Part shown: in pieces, positions 62,617 through 64,000 of the stretch
Layout of the letters: every line of letters begins with the position of its first letter
How positions within the stretch are numbered: the first letter of the stretch is position 1
NCBI GenBank assembly: GCA_963771885.1
Contig: CAVYVF010000023.1
Coordinates: 640,001-704,000 of the forward strand
Source: Candidatus Bathyarchaeota archaeon
Lineage (GTDB): Archaea; Thermoproteota; Bathyarchaeia; TCS64
Direction: 5' to 3'
Length of the DNA: 64,000 bases
Made by a program: the position numbers and the translations under genes
Notes under the pieces: generated by a model
What the model was told of the DNA's origin: nothing
Seen by the model: only the letters and a program-made list of their open reading frames with translations
Database searches by the model: none

Positions 62617-62819
62617 GTATCAAGGTCTTCCGCGTAACCGGCGAGATAAACAAGCAGAAGTTCTTCATCCCCATGAGCTTCAACCAGGAGATCAGGGCGG
62701 ATAAGATGGAGCACGCCGTCGAGCGCGTCTACACCGAGATGGGGAGCCGCCACCGCGCCAAGCGGAACCAGATAACCATCTTCAGCGTCGAGGAAGTCCA
62801 GCCGGAGCAGGCGGGTTAA
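62613..62819 (+). CDS. rpl18a: 50S ribosomal protein L18a (LX)
   Basis: KVFRVTG, A.E.VY..MGSRH.AKR.QI.I..VEE. Confidence 0.94.
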   Translation: MSIKVFRVTGEINKQKFFIPMSFNQEIRADKMEHAVERVYTEMGSRHRAKRNQITIFSVEEVQPEQAG

Positions 62820-62824
62820 CCGCC

Positions 62825-63271
62825 ATGGCAGCTCCCCGACGTGAGGATCAGCTGCGCAGGATTCTATACGAGCTGCAGCTAATGGAGGGCACAGCCAACG
62901 TCCTCCAGCAGAGGATGCAAATACTCACACAGGCCCAGGCAGAGCTGCGCGTCAGCCAGCAGAGCCTCGGCGACCTCAAGGAGGTCCAGCCCGATACACC
63001 CATACTGATCCCGGTCGGCGGAGCCGCTTTCATACACGCGAAGACGGCGCCACTAGACAAGGTCATAGTCGGCGTCGGGGCAGACGTCTCCGTTGAGATG
63101 GACTACCAGAAGGCGGTCGACGACGTAAAAACACGTCTCGAGGAGGTTGAGAAGACCCTCACCTCCGTCGATGAGCAGCTTGGGCAGGTGCTCGCGCAGA
63201 TGCAGAGCCACCAGGACGCAGGGAACAGGCTCTCAGCCGAGCTTCAGGGTGAGGGCAAGGTTGTTCGATAG
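62825..63271 (+). CDS. pfdA: prefoldin alpha subunit
   Basis: Coiled coils around ILIPVGGAAFI and KVIVGVGADVSVE. Confidence 0.94.
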   Translation: MAAPRREDQLRRILYELQLMEGTANVLQQRMQILTQAQAELRVSQQSLGDLKEVQPDTPILIPVGGAAFIHAKTAPLDKVIVGVGADVSVEMDYQKAVDDVKTRLEEVEKTLTSVDEQLGQVLAQMQSHQDAGNRLSAELQGEGKVVR

Positions 63272-64000
63272 GCTCAAGCAGGGCCTCAAAGGCATAGTTG
63301 ACAAGATTTCTAAGACGGGGCTAACTGAGAAGGACCTCGAGCCCCTCGTCTGGGATCTCCAGATGCAGCTCATCGGCAATGATGTCTCCGTTCAGGTCGC
63401 TGAGAAGGTCTGCGAGGAGCTGAAGAAGCGCCTCGTGGGGCAGGAGGCGAGTCGATTCGGGGACAAGTCGGACGTCGTAAAGAAGGCGCTCAAGGAATCT
63501 ATAGAATCGGTCATGCAGGCGGGTAAGGGTGTTGACCTCGTCGCCGCCGCTAGGGAGGTGAAGAAGCAGGGGCGCCCATTCCTCGTCATGTTCGTCGGTA
63601 TAAACGGCACGGGCAAGACGACGACGATCGCAAAGGTCACCCACCTACTGCAGAAGAGTGGGCTCAGCGTCGTCCTCGCCTCAGGGGACACGTACCGCGC
63701 TGGGGCGATCGAGCAGCTGGAGGAGCACGCGCGGCGCCTCGACGTGAAGATCATAAAGCACCAATACGGGAGCGACGCCGCGGCGGTAGGCTACGATGCC
63801 GTGCAGCACGCGAAGGCGAAGGGGGTCGACGTCGTCCTCATAGACACCGCGGGGAGGATGCAGACCAACCGCAACCTCATGGACGAGCTCACAAAGATCA
63901 AGCGCATCGTCCAGCCCGACCTCACAATCATGATCCTCGACTCCCTCATCGGCAACGACGCGACAGAGCAGGCCCTCACCTTCAACAAGGCGGTCGGCTT
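63261..64000 (+). CDS. ftsY: SRP receptor FtsY (runs off the window end)
   Basis: TTG start MFDRLK; FVGINGTGKTTTIAK, DTYRAGAIEQL, DTAGRMQ. Confidence 0.96.
   Translation, partial: MFDRLKQGLKGIVDKISKTGLTEKDLEPLVWDLQMQLIGNDVSVQVAEKVCEELKKRLVGQEASRFGDKSDVVKKALKESIESVMQAGKGVDLVAAAREVKKQGRPFLVMFVGINGTGKTTTIAKVTHLLQKSGLSVVLASGDTYRAGAIEQLEEHARRLDVKIIKHQYGSDAAAVGYDAVQHAKAKGVDVVLIDTAGRMQTNRNLMDELTKIKRIVQPDLTIMILDSLIGNDATEQALTFNKAVG

Overview
This is a GC-rich archaeal chromosomal segment made mostly of core information-processing genes. The unsplit Rpo1, short L15e and gene content suggest a TACK/Thermoproteota archaeon, probably Bathyarchaeia (inference only). Core clusters: rpo1(A'+A'' fused)-rpl30e-nusA; priL-priS-GINS-rpl44e-rps27e-aIF2alpha-nop10; hsp20-cdc48; aIF5B-rps6e; aIF2gamma-PIN; hppA; rpl15e; kae1-bud32-HAM1; rps15-RecJ-pcc1-rps3ae; rpl12-alaS-leuS; rps19e-PDCD5-rpl39e-rpl31e-rplLX-pfdA-ftsY. 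Interspersed genes include a Liv-type ABC transporter, two paralogous MFS transporters, an M24 peptidase, a PLP aminotransferase with RidA, an acetamidase, rubredoxin, glmM-glmU, a GT2 with a flavoprotein, and tRNA-Val(CAC). At least nine genes, several essential, carry frame breaks that all shift +1, most likely insertion-biased sequencing error. No CRISPR array, transposase, integrase or rRNA was seen. Most notable: a short bacterial-type (Patescibacteria-like) AlaRS in the conserved archaeal alaS position; a eukaryote-type UDP-galactopyranose-mutase-like gene coupled to a GT2; a palindromic operator over the hsp20-cdc48 promoter; a Cys-rich microprotein between priL and priS; a catalytically dead SNase domain; a T-skewed, origin-like insert between pcc1 and rps3ae; and possible ATA start codons. 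All family calls come from motif recognition, not database searches.
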